Origin: the human T2T-CHM13v2.0 reference genome, Homo sapiens
Strand: one strand, 5' to 3'
DNA length: 64,000 nt
Assembly (NCBI RefSeq): GCF_009914755.1
Contig: NC_060946.1
The first letter of the stretch is position 1. Each line of letters starts with the position of its first letter. The notes beneath the pieces were generated by a model, which saw only the letters and a program-made list of their open reading frames with translations, was not told the DNA's origin and did not search any database. Both the position numbers and the translations under genes were made by a program. Below are positions 38,201-49,942 of the stretch, piece after piece.

Positions 38201-40244
38201 TTAAGAAAAGGTGGGATCAGCCTTCTGAAAGGTCTGGATCTGGCTTGGCCTAGAGCTGGTGTAGAAGAGAAGCAAGAGAGATGCTTAGCCTTGGGTGGCC
38301 CAGGCCCAGCTGTCCTGTCAAGGGGCTGAGCTCTCTGCAACATGGAAATCCTGCAGAGCCATCCTTGGGAGGCTGTGATCTCAGTAGGATGCAAAAATGC
38401 TAATGGAAGTGAGCAGGGGATGGTTTATGGGGGAATGAGGGGACGGTGTGGGGTCAGGTGTGGTAAGGAGGGTGCACCCTGAAGAGGAGAGTGTCCATTG
38501 TGACTCACAGGAGGAGGAGGCCCGGGGCCCAGAGCAGTGACAAAAGGAGGACCTGGAAGGACCTGGGCCCTCAAGACACACAGAGACTGGGGTTTTGGTC
38601 TGTCCCTGAGGGTCCCTCAGGAGGATCACATAAAAAATCCATAGTCAGTGTCCTCTGTCCAAGGCTCACTGTCCCAGCTGTTGTCCCTCCCGGATCCTCT
38701 GGGTGTCCACATCCTGTAGTTTTGGACCTGTTCTTCTCTCTGCCCTCAACCTAACAGCTGATGGGGCATCCACCAGGAAGCGCATCCGTGGGCAGGGAGG
38801 AGGCCGTGGGCAGCCTTGTCCTGTATGTGAGACACTGCTCAGACTCGGTGACCCCCTGTTCATTAACGTGGGAGGAAAGGAAAACAAAATTCACTGTGAA
38901 CATCTATACATCATCAAAGAAAAAGCAATGAGAAAAAACAGGAAGTGAAGCCCAGCTCTAATAGTTTATTTCTACTTGGAAATAAATAAAACTTAATATG
39001 CCTGATGTGTTATGTAAATACAACAAACATATTTTAAAAACTATAAAAATTATGTAAAGGCACATGGCTTACACTAAAAGAAACATTTAAAATAACAACA
39101 CCCTTGAAATGCAATCCCAAAACACAGCATACATTTTATTTCAGTTCCATGTATGGACTGGTTTTATTTAAATGTCTGTATTAGGTTTCACTATTTGGTT
39201 GTTTAAATGGAGCATTTAAAATCTTATTGTATTACAACTTATATCAACATAATCATCTTGCTGTTTTTCTGTATCCCCTTAAAATTCCCTAAACAAATAT
39301 TTATTAAGAGCCCAGGGTGTATCATGCCAGAACTCAGGCAGTCACAGACATAACCTGTTTCATTTTTCATTTTGATCAACAGAATTATGTTTTCTGTTAA
39401 GCTTGTTGTTTTTAGTTCATTAGATTCTAGACGTCATTACAGATCAAAGACGAAAAATTTCTATCATCTTTAAGCCACCCCCACAACACTCACTACTGAA
39501 TTTGAACCAAAATCTTCTCCTAGAAATCCTCGTTGGCGGCTCGATAGTAAGAGCTGCCATGTATCAGGCTCACCTGAGGACAGACGCTGGTTAAACCAAG
39601 TTGAAGTTTTAATTCTTCCCATCTTCAAAGACTGAGCATCTTTGCTCTTTTTGCTCATAAGTGAAACACTCCAAAGTCATTTGCCAGGATCCCCTGTAGA
39701 TGGGCATTCAGTGTACAGACTCCTAGGCAAGATCCCTGGTCACAGTATCCAAATGACTTTGACTGCAAACCTGGGGAAGTAGAGAGAGAACAAAGATTTA
39801 CCAGAAAAACCCTCTGGGAATGTCTTCCCAAGGCACCCTAGAGGGAAGAGCTCCCTTTCTCTTCAGCTCCACAGGATCCACAGAGGAAGGAGAGCTCTAG
39901 CCAGCAGGAAGGAGCCACATGAGAGGAGAGGACCAGGTGTCCCACACAGGTGGGGAAGTGAGTCCATGGGGCTGGTCCCCGCTCTGGGCTTGATCCTGAC
40001 ATAAGAGGACTCTGTGTAGACACCACCTGAGTCCTCTGCAATGTACAGCCACAGAGCCATGGACAGATTCACTCCTGAGGAGTCCAGTAGAGCGCGAAGA
40101 CTGCCTTGAGGTCACAGCGGGAAGACACAGGTGTCACTTGAGCTGGCCTGGACCTGAGAGAGGGGGCAGTGGACAGAACAGAGGGGAGGCAGTGGTGTGA
40201 ATGAGAGGCTCTGGTCACCTTATCATAGAATGGTTTACCTTGGC

Positions 40245-40263
40245 TGGACACCAGGGGACGCTG
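40245..40263 (+). promoter_or_regulatory. CTCF-like motif upstream of IGLV1-44 (core variant)
   Basis: TGGACACCAGGGGACGCTG, paralog of 17171. Confidence 0.5.
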
Positions 40264-40482
40264 GGGGACCATTTCTGAGAAGACGCGCGGGGGGCGGGGG
40301 TGGGCGGTGATGGGAGCACAACCGGCCACCTGTTGTGCCTGTTGTCCTCTGCTCAGGGCTCACAACTGTGTTCTCCCCACCCTCTGGGACCACAGAGCTC
40401 CACCCCTGCCACACCCTGACATCCTCAAGGCAAGGAGCCTGACCCAGGGCTCAGGGTGGGGTCACAAAGCTGGGGGGGTCTG

Positions 40483-40490
40483 ATTTGCAT
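40483..40490 (+). promoter_or_regulatory. Ig octamer, IGLV1-44 promoter
   Basis: ATTTGCAT. Confidence 0.9.
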
Positions 40491-40593
40491 GGATGGACTC
40501 TCCCCCTCTCAGAGTATGAAGAGAGGGAGAGATCTGGGGGAAGCTCAGCTTCAGCTGTGGGTAGAGAAGACAGGACTCAGGACAATCTCCAGC

Positions 40594-41061
40594 ATGGCCA
40601 GCTTCCCTCTCCTCCTCACCCTCCTCACTCACTGTGCAGGTGACAGGATGGGGACCAAGAAAGGGGCCCTGGGAAGCCCATGGGGCCCTGCTTTCTCCTC
40701 TTGTCTCCTTTTGTCTCTTGTCAATCACCATGTCTGTGTCTCTCTCACTTCCAGGGTCCTGGGCCCAGTCTGTGCTGACTCAGCCACCCTCAGCGTCTGG
40801 GACCCCCGGGCAGAGGGTCACCATCTCTTGTTCTGGAAGCAGCTCCAACATCGGAAGTAATACTGTAAACTGGTACCAGCAGCTCCCAGGAACGGCCCCC
40901 AAACTCCTCATCTATAGTAATAATCAGCGGCCCTCAGGGGTCCCTGACCGATTCTCTGGCTCCAAGTCTGGCACCTCAGCCTCCCTGGCCATCAGTGGGC
41001 TCCAGTCTGAGGATGAGGCTGATTATTACTGTGCAGCATGGGATGACAGCCTGAATGGTCC
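40594..41061 (+). CDS. IGLV1-44: Ig lambda V gene segment (leader 40594-40639, V exon 40755-41061)
   Basis: [36 protein letters not shown]...IYSNNQRPS...[12 protein letters not shown]. Confidence 0.97.
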
Positions 41062-41100
41062 CACAGTGCTCCAGGCCAATGGGGAACTGAGACAAGAACC
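41062..41100 (+). other. 23-RSS of IGLV1-44
   Basis: CACAGTG-23nt-ACAAGAACC. Confidence 0.95.
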
Positions 41101-42129
41101 CCCTTCCTCCTCTGTCAGGAGGGTGAGCCCCAGCAGCTGCTGCTCAGGCCTGGCCTGTGGCTTCTGCTGCTGCAGCTTCCTTCATGGGTCCAGGGGCATC
41201 CAGGGCCCTGCCTGAGAGTGGAGGCTCCTCCTCCCCTTCAGTCCTCAGAGTCAGGAACAGGACATCCAGGAAACAGAACATCCTCCTCCCTGCAGCTTAG
41301 GACACAGGGTCTCTGCACTGAAGTCCTGGGCTGAGGTGGCAGGTCCAGTTGTGTCATCTCAGACCCACCTCTGATGGGGAACCCGTGTCTCCGTCATCCT
41401 CCTTTTCCCATTTCCAGGAGTTTCCAGAGTGGTGTCTTCCTCCCCCTGCTCCTCAGTGTGAATCCCTGTGCTTCCTTTCTCTCCAGCCTATTCTTTTTTA
41501 ATAAAACTCCTTTCATGTAGGAACTATGCACATCTAATAAACTACCCATATTTATAACAGGAAATTAGACAAATTTTGGCATTTTTCTGGTTCCTTGAAA
41601 ACATCACCATCCCCGGGAGCTATTGTGACCATCCCGGCAGCTCCTCATGATGCTTGTCTCCTCCCTCCCTCCCCTAATGGCCTCTCAGGAAGCCACAGAT
41701 CTGCCTCTCTCACTACTGTTTGGTTTTTTTTTCTGGAATGTATCAGTGTTATCAAACGTTATCTTCCCATTTGTTCAGGCTTCTTTCACTCTGCACACTT
41801 GCTTTGAGATTATCCCTGCTGTCGCTGAATTGCACCCATCCCTTAGAGGGCTCATTACTATCTTTAAGGGTCCTTAGGCCATTTTTTTCTGATTTTATTC
41901 ATGTATTTCCTTTAAAGTTTGAATTTATTGTTCATCAAACAAACTCTATGGGTGATGTTCATCTAAGGTGACAGGACAGTCCGTGATGGTTTGTCAGGAT
42001 TCTTGCTTCTTCAGTTCTTTTCTTGGCTCTCTCTATAGTGGAAGAGGTTCTCATCTTTTATTTATTTATTTATTTATTTTGGGGTTTTTTTAAGGGTTTT
42101 AGCGATTTTCCCTTTTTAATTATTTTTAA

Positions 42130-44579
42130 AATTTGTTATTTTATTTTAATAGGTTTTTGGAGAACAAGTGTTGCTTGGTTACATATATAAGTTCGTTAGT
42201 GGTGATTCCTGAGATTGTGGTGCACTCATCATCCAAGCAGTGTACACTGTATCCAATGAGTAGCCTCTCATCCCTCACCTCCCTCCTATGCTTTCCCCCG
42301 AGTCCCCAAAGTCCATTGTATCATTGTTATGCCCTTGGGTTCTCATAGCTTATCTCCCACTTATGAGTGAGAACATACAGTGTTTTGTTTTCCATTCCTG
42401 AGTTACACCAGTTAGAATGATAGTCTCCAGTTCCATCCAGGTTGCTGTGAATGCCATTATTTTGTTTATTTTTATGGCTGTGTAGTATTCCCTGGTATGT
42501 GTATGTATACATCACATTTGCTTTACCTACTTGTTGATTTATGGACATTTGAGCTGGTTCCATGTTTTTGCAATTACAGATTGTGCTGCTATAAACATGC
42601 GTGTGCAAGTATCTTTTTTTGTATAATGACTTCTTTTTCTCTGGGTAGATACCTAGTCGTGAGATTGCTGGATCAAAGGGTACGTCTATTTTTGTTTCCT
42701 TAAGGAATCTCCACACTGTTTTCCACAGTGATTGTACTAGTTTACCTTCCCACCGCCAGTGTGAAAGTGTTTTGTTTTCACCACATCCATGCCAACATCT
42801 GTTATTTTTTTATTATAGCTATTCTTGTGATAGGAAGGTGGTAACACAGATTGTGGTACCGATTTGCATTTCCCTGATTATTAGTGATGTTGAACATTTT
42901 TCTATATGTTTGTTGGCCATTTGTACAAGTTCTTTTGAAAATTGTTTATTCGTGTCCTTAGTCCACCTTTTGATGGAAGTGTTTATTTTTTTCTTGATAA
43001 TTTGAGTTCTTCGTACATTCTAGATATTAGTCATTTGTTGGATGTATAGATTGTGAAGATTTTCATCCACTTTGTTGGTTGTCTGTTAACTCTGCTGATT
43101 CTTTCTTTTGCTGTGCAGAAGTTTTTTTCGTTTAATTAAGTCCCATCTATTTATCTTTGTTCTTGTTGCATTTGCTTTTGTGTTCTTGGTCATGAAATAT
43201 TTGCCTAAACCAATGTCTAGCAAGGTTGTTCTGACGTTATCTTCTAGAATTCTTACCGTTTCAGGCCTTAGATTTAATTATTTGATTCATCTTGAGTTGA
43301 TTTTTGTATAAGGTGAGAGATGAGGATGCAGTTTCATTCCTCTACATTTGGCTTGCCAATTATCCCAGCACCATTTGTTGAATATGGTGTCATTTTTCTA
43401 CTTTATGTTTTTGTTTGCTTTGTCAAGCATCAGTGGGTTGGAAGTATTTGGTTTCATTTCTGGATTCTTTATTCTGTTCCTTTGGTCTGTGTGCCCATTT
43501 TTATATCAGTACCAAGCAGATTTAGTGACTATGGAGTCAAACTTTACTGGAGTTTGAAGCTGGGTAATGCGATGCCTCCAGATTTGTTCCTTTTGCTTAG
43601 TCTTGCTTTGTCTATGCAGGCTCTTTTTGGTTCCATATGAATTTTAGGATTATTTTTTCCAATTCTCTAATGAATGATGGTGATATTTTGATGGGAATTG
43701 CATAGATTTTGTAACTTGCTTTTGGCAGTATGATCATTTTCAATGTATTGTTTCTACCCATTCATGAGCATGGGATGTGTTTCTATTTGTTTGTGTGTGT
43801 CATCTATGATTTCTTTCAGCAGTGTTTTGTAGTTTTCCTTGTGGAGGTCTTTCACCTCCTTGGCTAGGTATATCCTAAGTATGTATTTTGCAGCTATTTG
43901 CGAAAGGGGTTGAGTTCTTGATTTGATTTTCAGCTCGTTTGCTGTCATTGTATAACAGAGCTACTGATTCGTGTGCCTTAATTTTGTATCTTGAAACTTT
44001 GCTGAACTTATTTACAGTTCTAGGAGCTTTTTCGATGAGTCTTTAAGGTTTTCTAGGTATATGATCATATTATCAGCAAATAGTGACAGTTTGAATTCCT
44101 CTTTGTCAATTTGGATATCTTTGATTTGTTTCTCTTGTCTGATTGCTCTGGCTAAGCCTTCCAGTACTATGTTGAATAGAAGTGGTGAAAGTGGGCATTC
44201 TTGCCTTGTTCCAGATCTCAGGAGAAACGTTTTCCACTTTTTTCCGTTTAATATAATGTTGACTGTGTGTTTGTAATAGAGGGCTTAATAGAGGACATAA
44301 GTTATGTCTTTTCTATGTCAATTTTGCAAAGAGTTTTAATCATGAAGTGATGCTGGATTTTGTCAAGTATTTTTTCTGCATGTATTGAGATAATCATGTC
44401 ATTTTTGTTTTTAATGCTTTTTATGTGGTATATCACATTTATTGACTCACATATGTTAAACCATCTCTGCATTCCCTGGTTTGAAAACCACTTGATCATT
44501 GTGGACTATGTTTTTGATAGCTGTTGGATACATAGAATAATTTAGGAAGGAGTCCCCCTTTTTCCTTCCTGTGGATTAA
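42130..44579 (-). mobile_element. L1PB-like element, paralog of 19045-21452; resumes at ~49945-50285
   Basis: Minus-strand [55 protein letters not shown]. Confidence 0.9.
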
Positions 44580-45323
44580 TGCATTAGTCAGCGTTCTCTA
44601 GAGGGACACAAATAATGGAATATATATATATGTTTATTAAGTATTAACTCACATGAACACAAGGTCCAACAATAGGCTGTCTGCAGGCTGAGGAGCAAGG
44701 AGAGCCAGTCCGAGTTCCAAAACTGAAGAAGTTGGAGTTCCATATTTGAAGGCAGGAAGCATCCAGCATGGGAGAAAGATGTAGGCTGGGAGGCTATGCC
44801 CATCTCTCTTTTCATATTTTTCTACCTGCTTATTTTCTAGCCATGCTGTCAGCTGATTAGATTGTTCCCACCCAGATTAAGGGTGAGTGTGGCTTTCCCA
44901 CCCACTGACAAAAATGTGAATCTCCTTTGGCAGCACCCTCAACAGACACACACACCAAGGATCAATACTTTTTTTTTTTTTTTTTTTTGGAGATGGAGTC
45001 TTGCTCTGTCACCCAAGCTGGAGTGCAGTGGCGCGATCTCTGCTCACTGCAAGCTCCGCCTCCAGGGTTCAAGCAATTCTTTGCCTCAGCCTCCCGAGTA
45101 GCTGGGACTACAGGTGCCCACCACCATGGCCGGCTAATTTTTTTGAATTTTTAGTAGAGACGGGGTTTCACCGTGTTAGCCAGGATGGTCTCGATCTCCT
45201 CACTTTGTGATCTGCCCGCCTTAGCCTCCCAAAGTGCTGGGATTACAGGCATGAGCCACTGCGCCCGGCCAATACTTTTTGTCCTTCAATCCAATCAAGT
45301 TGACGCTCAGTATTACTCATCAC
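44580..45323 (-). mobile_element. MLT2 3' LTR of a HERV-L provirus, containing an AluY
   Basis: Same insertion point (gtggattaa|tg) and sequence as the 21453 LTR; adjoins ERV internal sequence. Confidence 0.85.
44969..45270 (-). mobile_element. AluY inside the MLT2 LTR
   Basis: ccgtgttagccaggatggtctcgatctcc diagnostic; TSD aatacttt. Confidence 0.93.
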
Positions 45324-46588
45324 AAGTCCACTCCTTGTCAGCATGAACCCATATACAACTTGTGATATCGTACATAATCTTCAAATAAAGACAATAATAA
45401 AGTCATAATTACGCCTAACATAATACAATTATCCTTCATACAACCAGAACGCACGAATCCCTAACACAAATACTATTACATCAAGTTACTGATACTTAAA
45501 TGCTGATGTGACGTCAATAAATCTTATGTTATATGATAAAGGAGAAAGGAAATAAAATGAAGATATTTTCTTAGTACGAGTTTATAGATGCGCAAACATG
45601 TTTTTAACAAAAGAAGGAGGAAATACTCTTGACAATTACACTCCTCGTTTCTGCCGCTGGCCATAGCTGGTATTGATGACTACCTTCTTCTACTACCCAT
45701 TCTGTATTCCCTTTGCCTTCAGCAAGCACCTCAGTAGGTTGTGTTTTTTTTCCTGGTGGAGTGACCCAAATCTTCATTCCTGAAGGGTCCCATTGACCTT
45801 AATCACAGGGCATGGTAATAGCAAGAAATGCCCTAATGCATCTCCTGTATTCCATGCATGTTCTTCAGTAACTCCATTGTGGAGTAGTAAACTGATTTCA
45901 TTTTGATAGTCTGGGTCAATCACCCCAGCCGACACTGTAACTCCCTTCTTAGCCATTGACTTAAAGGTAGGAGAAGCCCAAAATGTCCAGGTGGCAATCT
46001 TAACTTCCAGTTTAATGGAATCATTGTTGTGTCTCCAGGTGGTAGTGTTCCTTCCTCTGGAAGTAAATCCTTTGAGCCAGCAGAACATAATGTCTCAGGA
46101 ACAGGAAGGAAAACATTTGCTAGTGGATCACTAGGGTTGATGGTGAGTGGTGCCACTTCCACTTCCACCCCTTGATTCCTGGATCCATGAATCCTGGCTA
46201 CGGGAGGGACAGTACCATATATTGGATGCTGATTTAAAGCATACACAGCCATCTGGAGAACTTTGCCCTGGCCCTGCAAAGTATTGTCACCTAGTTGGCA
46301 ATGTAATTGTGACTTCAAAAGCCATTCCACTGTTCTATCAATCCAGCTGTTTCAGGATGATGGGGAACATGGTAAGACCAGTGAATTTTGTGAGCTTGAG
46401 CCCACTGCTGCACTTCTTTAGTCATAAAGTGAGAGCCTTTGTCAGAGCATTGCTGTGTGGAATATGATGACAGTGAATGAGGCATTCCAAGAGTACACGG
46501 ATGGTAGTCTCATAGGCAAACCAATATCTAGGATAAGTGTCTATTTCAGTTAAGACAAACCTCTGCCCTTCCTGTGATGGAAGAGGTC

Positions 46589-47238
46589 TGTTGTATTTCT
46601 CCTCACACAGGGCACCAGTTGAGATATTGCTCCTCAGAAGACAGCATTAGCTGCGGGGGTCTGCCTGCAGACCCTGACTCAAACGACGGATGAATAAAAA
46701 CGGACACTGACACACAGATATTCTGTTTGGCCAGTCCGGCTGGGTTCTTTGATTCTGAGTGTCCGACAACATACACACCAGGAGAGGTTTGTCACTGTGG
46801 TGGGTCCTGAGCAGCTGGTACTCCAGGCATTTATTTAGTATACAATTAACAACAGAAGCTTTGAGTAAACACACTTGTGGATAATTAACATGGTTAAGAG
46901 AGTAGTTCTACGAATGATTAAAGCTCAGGTACCCTGGTCTAAAGTAAATACCATTACGGGGCAATATCCCTGGTTGACCTCCCACCGAGAGGGCCATCTG
47001 GCTCAAAGGTTAGTTAATGGAGATAGGGTAAACAGGCTTAACTGGGAAAGCCTCCATTGTCCCTAGCATTTACCCTATGACCTAATGCTCTAAGGTAAGA
47101 ACCAGCTGCCTTCAGCCTGTACAATTATTACAAGCTATGTAACATTTTAGCCTTCCAAAATGTTTGTGATTATTCCCTATAACTTTCCCTAATATTTCCC
47201 TTTGATATTTCTGCCACCATCCTGAGTGAATCCCAACA
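46589..47238 (-). mobile_element. HERV-K-class solo LTR (LTR22/HML-5-like) nested in HERV-L
   Basis: TGTTG...CAACA ends; perfect 6-bp TSD GAGGTC at 46583-46588 and 47239-47244. Confidence 0.8.
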
Positions 47239-47683
47239 GAGGTCCAATATAATCAACCTGCCACCAGGTAGCTGGCTGATAACCCTAAGGAATGGTGCCA
47301 CATCGAGGGCTCAGTGTTGGTCTCTGCTGCTGGCAAATTGGGCACTCAGCAGTGGCTGTAGCTAGGTCAGCCTTGGAGAGTGGAAGTCCATGTTGATGAG
47401 CCCATGTGTAACCTCCATTCCTGCCAGCATGGCCACTTCCCTCATGGGCCCATTGGGCGATGACAGGGGTGGCTGGGGAAAGAGGATGCGTGGTGTTCAC
47501 AGAACTGGTCATACTCTCCTCTTGATTATTAAAATCCTCCTCTGCTGAGGTCACCCGTTGGTGAGCGCTCACATGGGATACAAATACTTTCACAGTTTTT
47601 GACCACTCAGAGAGGTCCATCCACATATCTTTTCCCCAAATTTCTTTGTCATCAATTTTCCAATCATACTTCTTCCTAGTCCC

Positions 47684-48103
47684 CGTGACAGTTACTACAG
47701 GACAGAATGAAGGGGGACTAACACAGAAATGAAGACAAAGACAAAGGGATCTGTTTTAAAGAAGGGGTCAGGGGGCTCCTTGCTTCTAGTGAGCAAGGGC
47801 CCTGAGCTACTGCAATCCTTCATATTTATTAGGTAGAAAGAACAGGGAGGAGGAGTTAACAGTTGGTCAGCTGCTTGATTTATCACAGGTTCACAGGATT
47901 GCTTTCTTTATACAACATACTTCAGATGTGCTGCAGATAATCAAAAGAAACACTGTGCTTGGGGCGTGACAGCTCTCAGCATTCGTTCTGGTGGTAGATG
48001 CAGTTTGTCGTTTGCCAACAACCTGCATTCATGAGAACAGCTTGCTGTTTGCTCCAGTGGTATACTGAGTTGGTCACAACCCTCATTCTTTCGGCCTCCA
48101 AGA
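47684..48103 (-). mobile_element. HERV-K-class solo LTR (LTR3/HML-6-like) nested in HERV-L
   Basis: Minus strand begins tcttggaggccgaaagaatgagggttgtgaccaactcagtataccactggag; 6-bp TSD AGTCCC at 47678-47683 and 48104-48109. Confidence 0.8.
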
Positions 48104-49702
48104 AGTCCCTGATCGTCCAGCCAAACCGTTGGCTACAGCAAATAAATTCATATATAATCACACATCTGGAGATTTCTCCTTCCATGCAAAGAGCACAACC
48201 AGGTGTGCTCCTCAAAGTTCTGCCCAATGGGAAGATTTCCCTTCACCGCTGTACTTCAGGGATGTCCTGGAAAGGGGCTGTAGTGCTGCAGCTGTCCACT
48301 TTCCGGTGGTGCCTGCATATCATGCAGATACATTTGTGAACCAGGCCCTAGTCTTCTTTCTGTCAGCTGATCATAGTGAACTGCCCCTGAGACCACCAGT
48401 GCAGGCTGGGGGATAGTGCAGGCTGGTGGCAGGAGTGGAGGTCATGGACATTTGAGCCACTTCCCCATGTAATTTACTTGTGCCTTCAGCCCAAATACGT
48501 ATATACCACTTCCACTGAATGATGGAATGCTGCTGTGCATGATCCACTTTATGGCTAAATGGGTTAGAAAGCACCCACTTCATGACAGGCAGTTCAGGTT
48601 GCATGGGGACTTTAAGACGCATAGTCAAATGTTCAGTTTCCACCAAAGCCCAGTAATAGGCCAAGAGCTGTCTCTCAAAAAGAGAGTAGCTACCTGCAGA
48701 AGATGGCAGGGCCTTGCACCAAAATCCTAGAGGCCTCCACTGTGATTCACTTACAGTGGCCTGACAAAGACTCCAAGTAGCTTTGCTATCTGCCGCTGAC
48801 ACCCAAATACCATTGGGTCTGTTGGGTCATACGGCCCAAGTGGCAGAGCAGCTTGCACAGCAGCCTGGACCTGTTGCAGAGCCTTCTCCTGTTCTGAATC
48901 CCACTCAAACCTGGCAGCCTTTTGGGTTACTTGATAAATGGACTGGAGTAACACACCCAAATTAGAGATATGTTGCCTCCAAAATCCAAATAGGCCCACT
49001 AGCCATTGTGCCTTTCTTGGTTGTAGGAGGGGCTAAATGCAGCAACTTATCCTTCACCTTAGAAGGAATGCCTCGACAGGCCCTACACCACTGGACACCT
49101 AGAAATTTTATTGAGGTAGAATGCCCTTGAATTTTAGTTGGATTTACCGCCCATCCTCTTGCATGCAAATGTCTCACCAGTAAGTCCACTGTGTTTGCTA
49201 CTTCTTGCTCACTGGATGCAACCAGCACAATGTCATCAATTTAATGGGTCAGTGTTATATCTTGCAAAAGAGACAAGCAATCAAAATTTCTTTGAATAAG
49301 ATTATGACACACAGCTGGAGAGCTCATATACCCCTGAGGTAGGACCGTAAAAGTATATTGCTGGCCTTGCCTGCTGAACGCAAATTGCTTCTGGTGGGCC
49401 TTATGGACCGGAATGGAGAAAAAGGCATTTTCCAAGTCAATGGCTGCATATGAGGTGCCAGGAGATGCATTAATTTGCTCAAGCAAGGAAACCACATCTG
49501 GTACAGCAGCTGCGATTGGAGTCACCACTTGGTTAAACTTCCGATAATCCACTATAATTCTCCAAGATCCATCTATCTTCTGCACAGGCCAAATGGGAGA
49601 GTTGAAAGGGGATGTTGTGAGAATCACCACCCCTGCATTTTTCAAGTCCTTGATGGTATCACTAATCTCTGCAATCCCTCCACAGATGCAATATTGTGGG
49701 TT

Positions 49703-49942
49703 TATTTTTTTTTAATAAAGTTTCACTCTGTTGCCCAGGCTAAACTACGATGGCAGAATCATGGCTCACTGAAACCTCCATCTCTGGTTTCAAGCAATTC
49801 TCCTGCCTCAGCCTCCCAAGTAGCTGGGATTACAGGTATGTACCATCACACCCCACTAATTTTTTGTATTTAGTGTAGATGAGGTTTCACCATGTTGGTC
49901 AGGCTGGTCTCGAACTCCTGACCTCAGGTGAGGTGATCCACA
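49703..49942 (-). mobile_element. Alu (5'-truncated) at the HERV-L/L1 junction
   Basis: Poly-T, ctctgttgcccaggc...ctggtctcgaactcctgacctcaggtga. Confidence 0.88.

Larger units (their letters stand above)
45324..49700 (-). mobile_element. HERV-L internal remnant (RT, RNase H, integrase, dUTPase), decayed; 5' half missing
   Basis: SPFNSPIWPVQKIDGSWRIIVDYRK, YAAIDLENAFFSIP, FTVLPQGY (RT); HVSAHQ, AQWAHEGSGHAG...CPICQ (RNase H / IN zinc finger); GVIDPDYQNEISLLLHN (dUTPase). Confidence 0.9.

Noticed and set aside
45774-49645. RT, integrase and dUTPase ORFs as an active or domesticated system
   Set aside because: Fragmented by stops, frameshifts and nested LTRs; a standard dead HERV-L.
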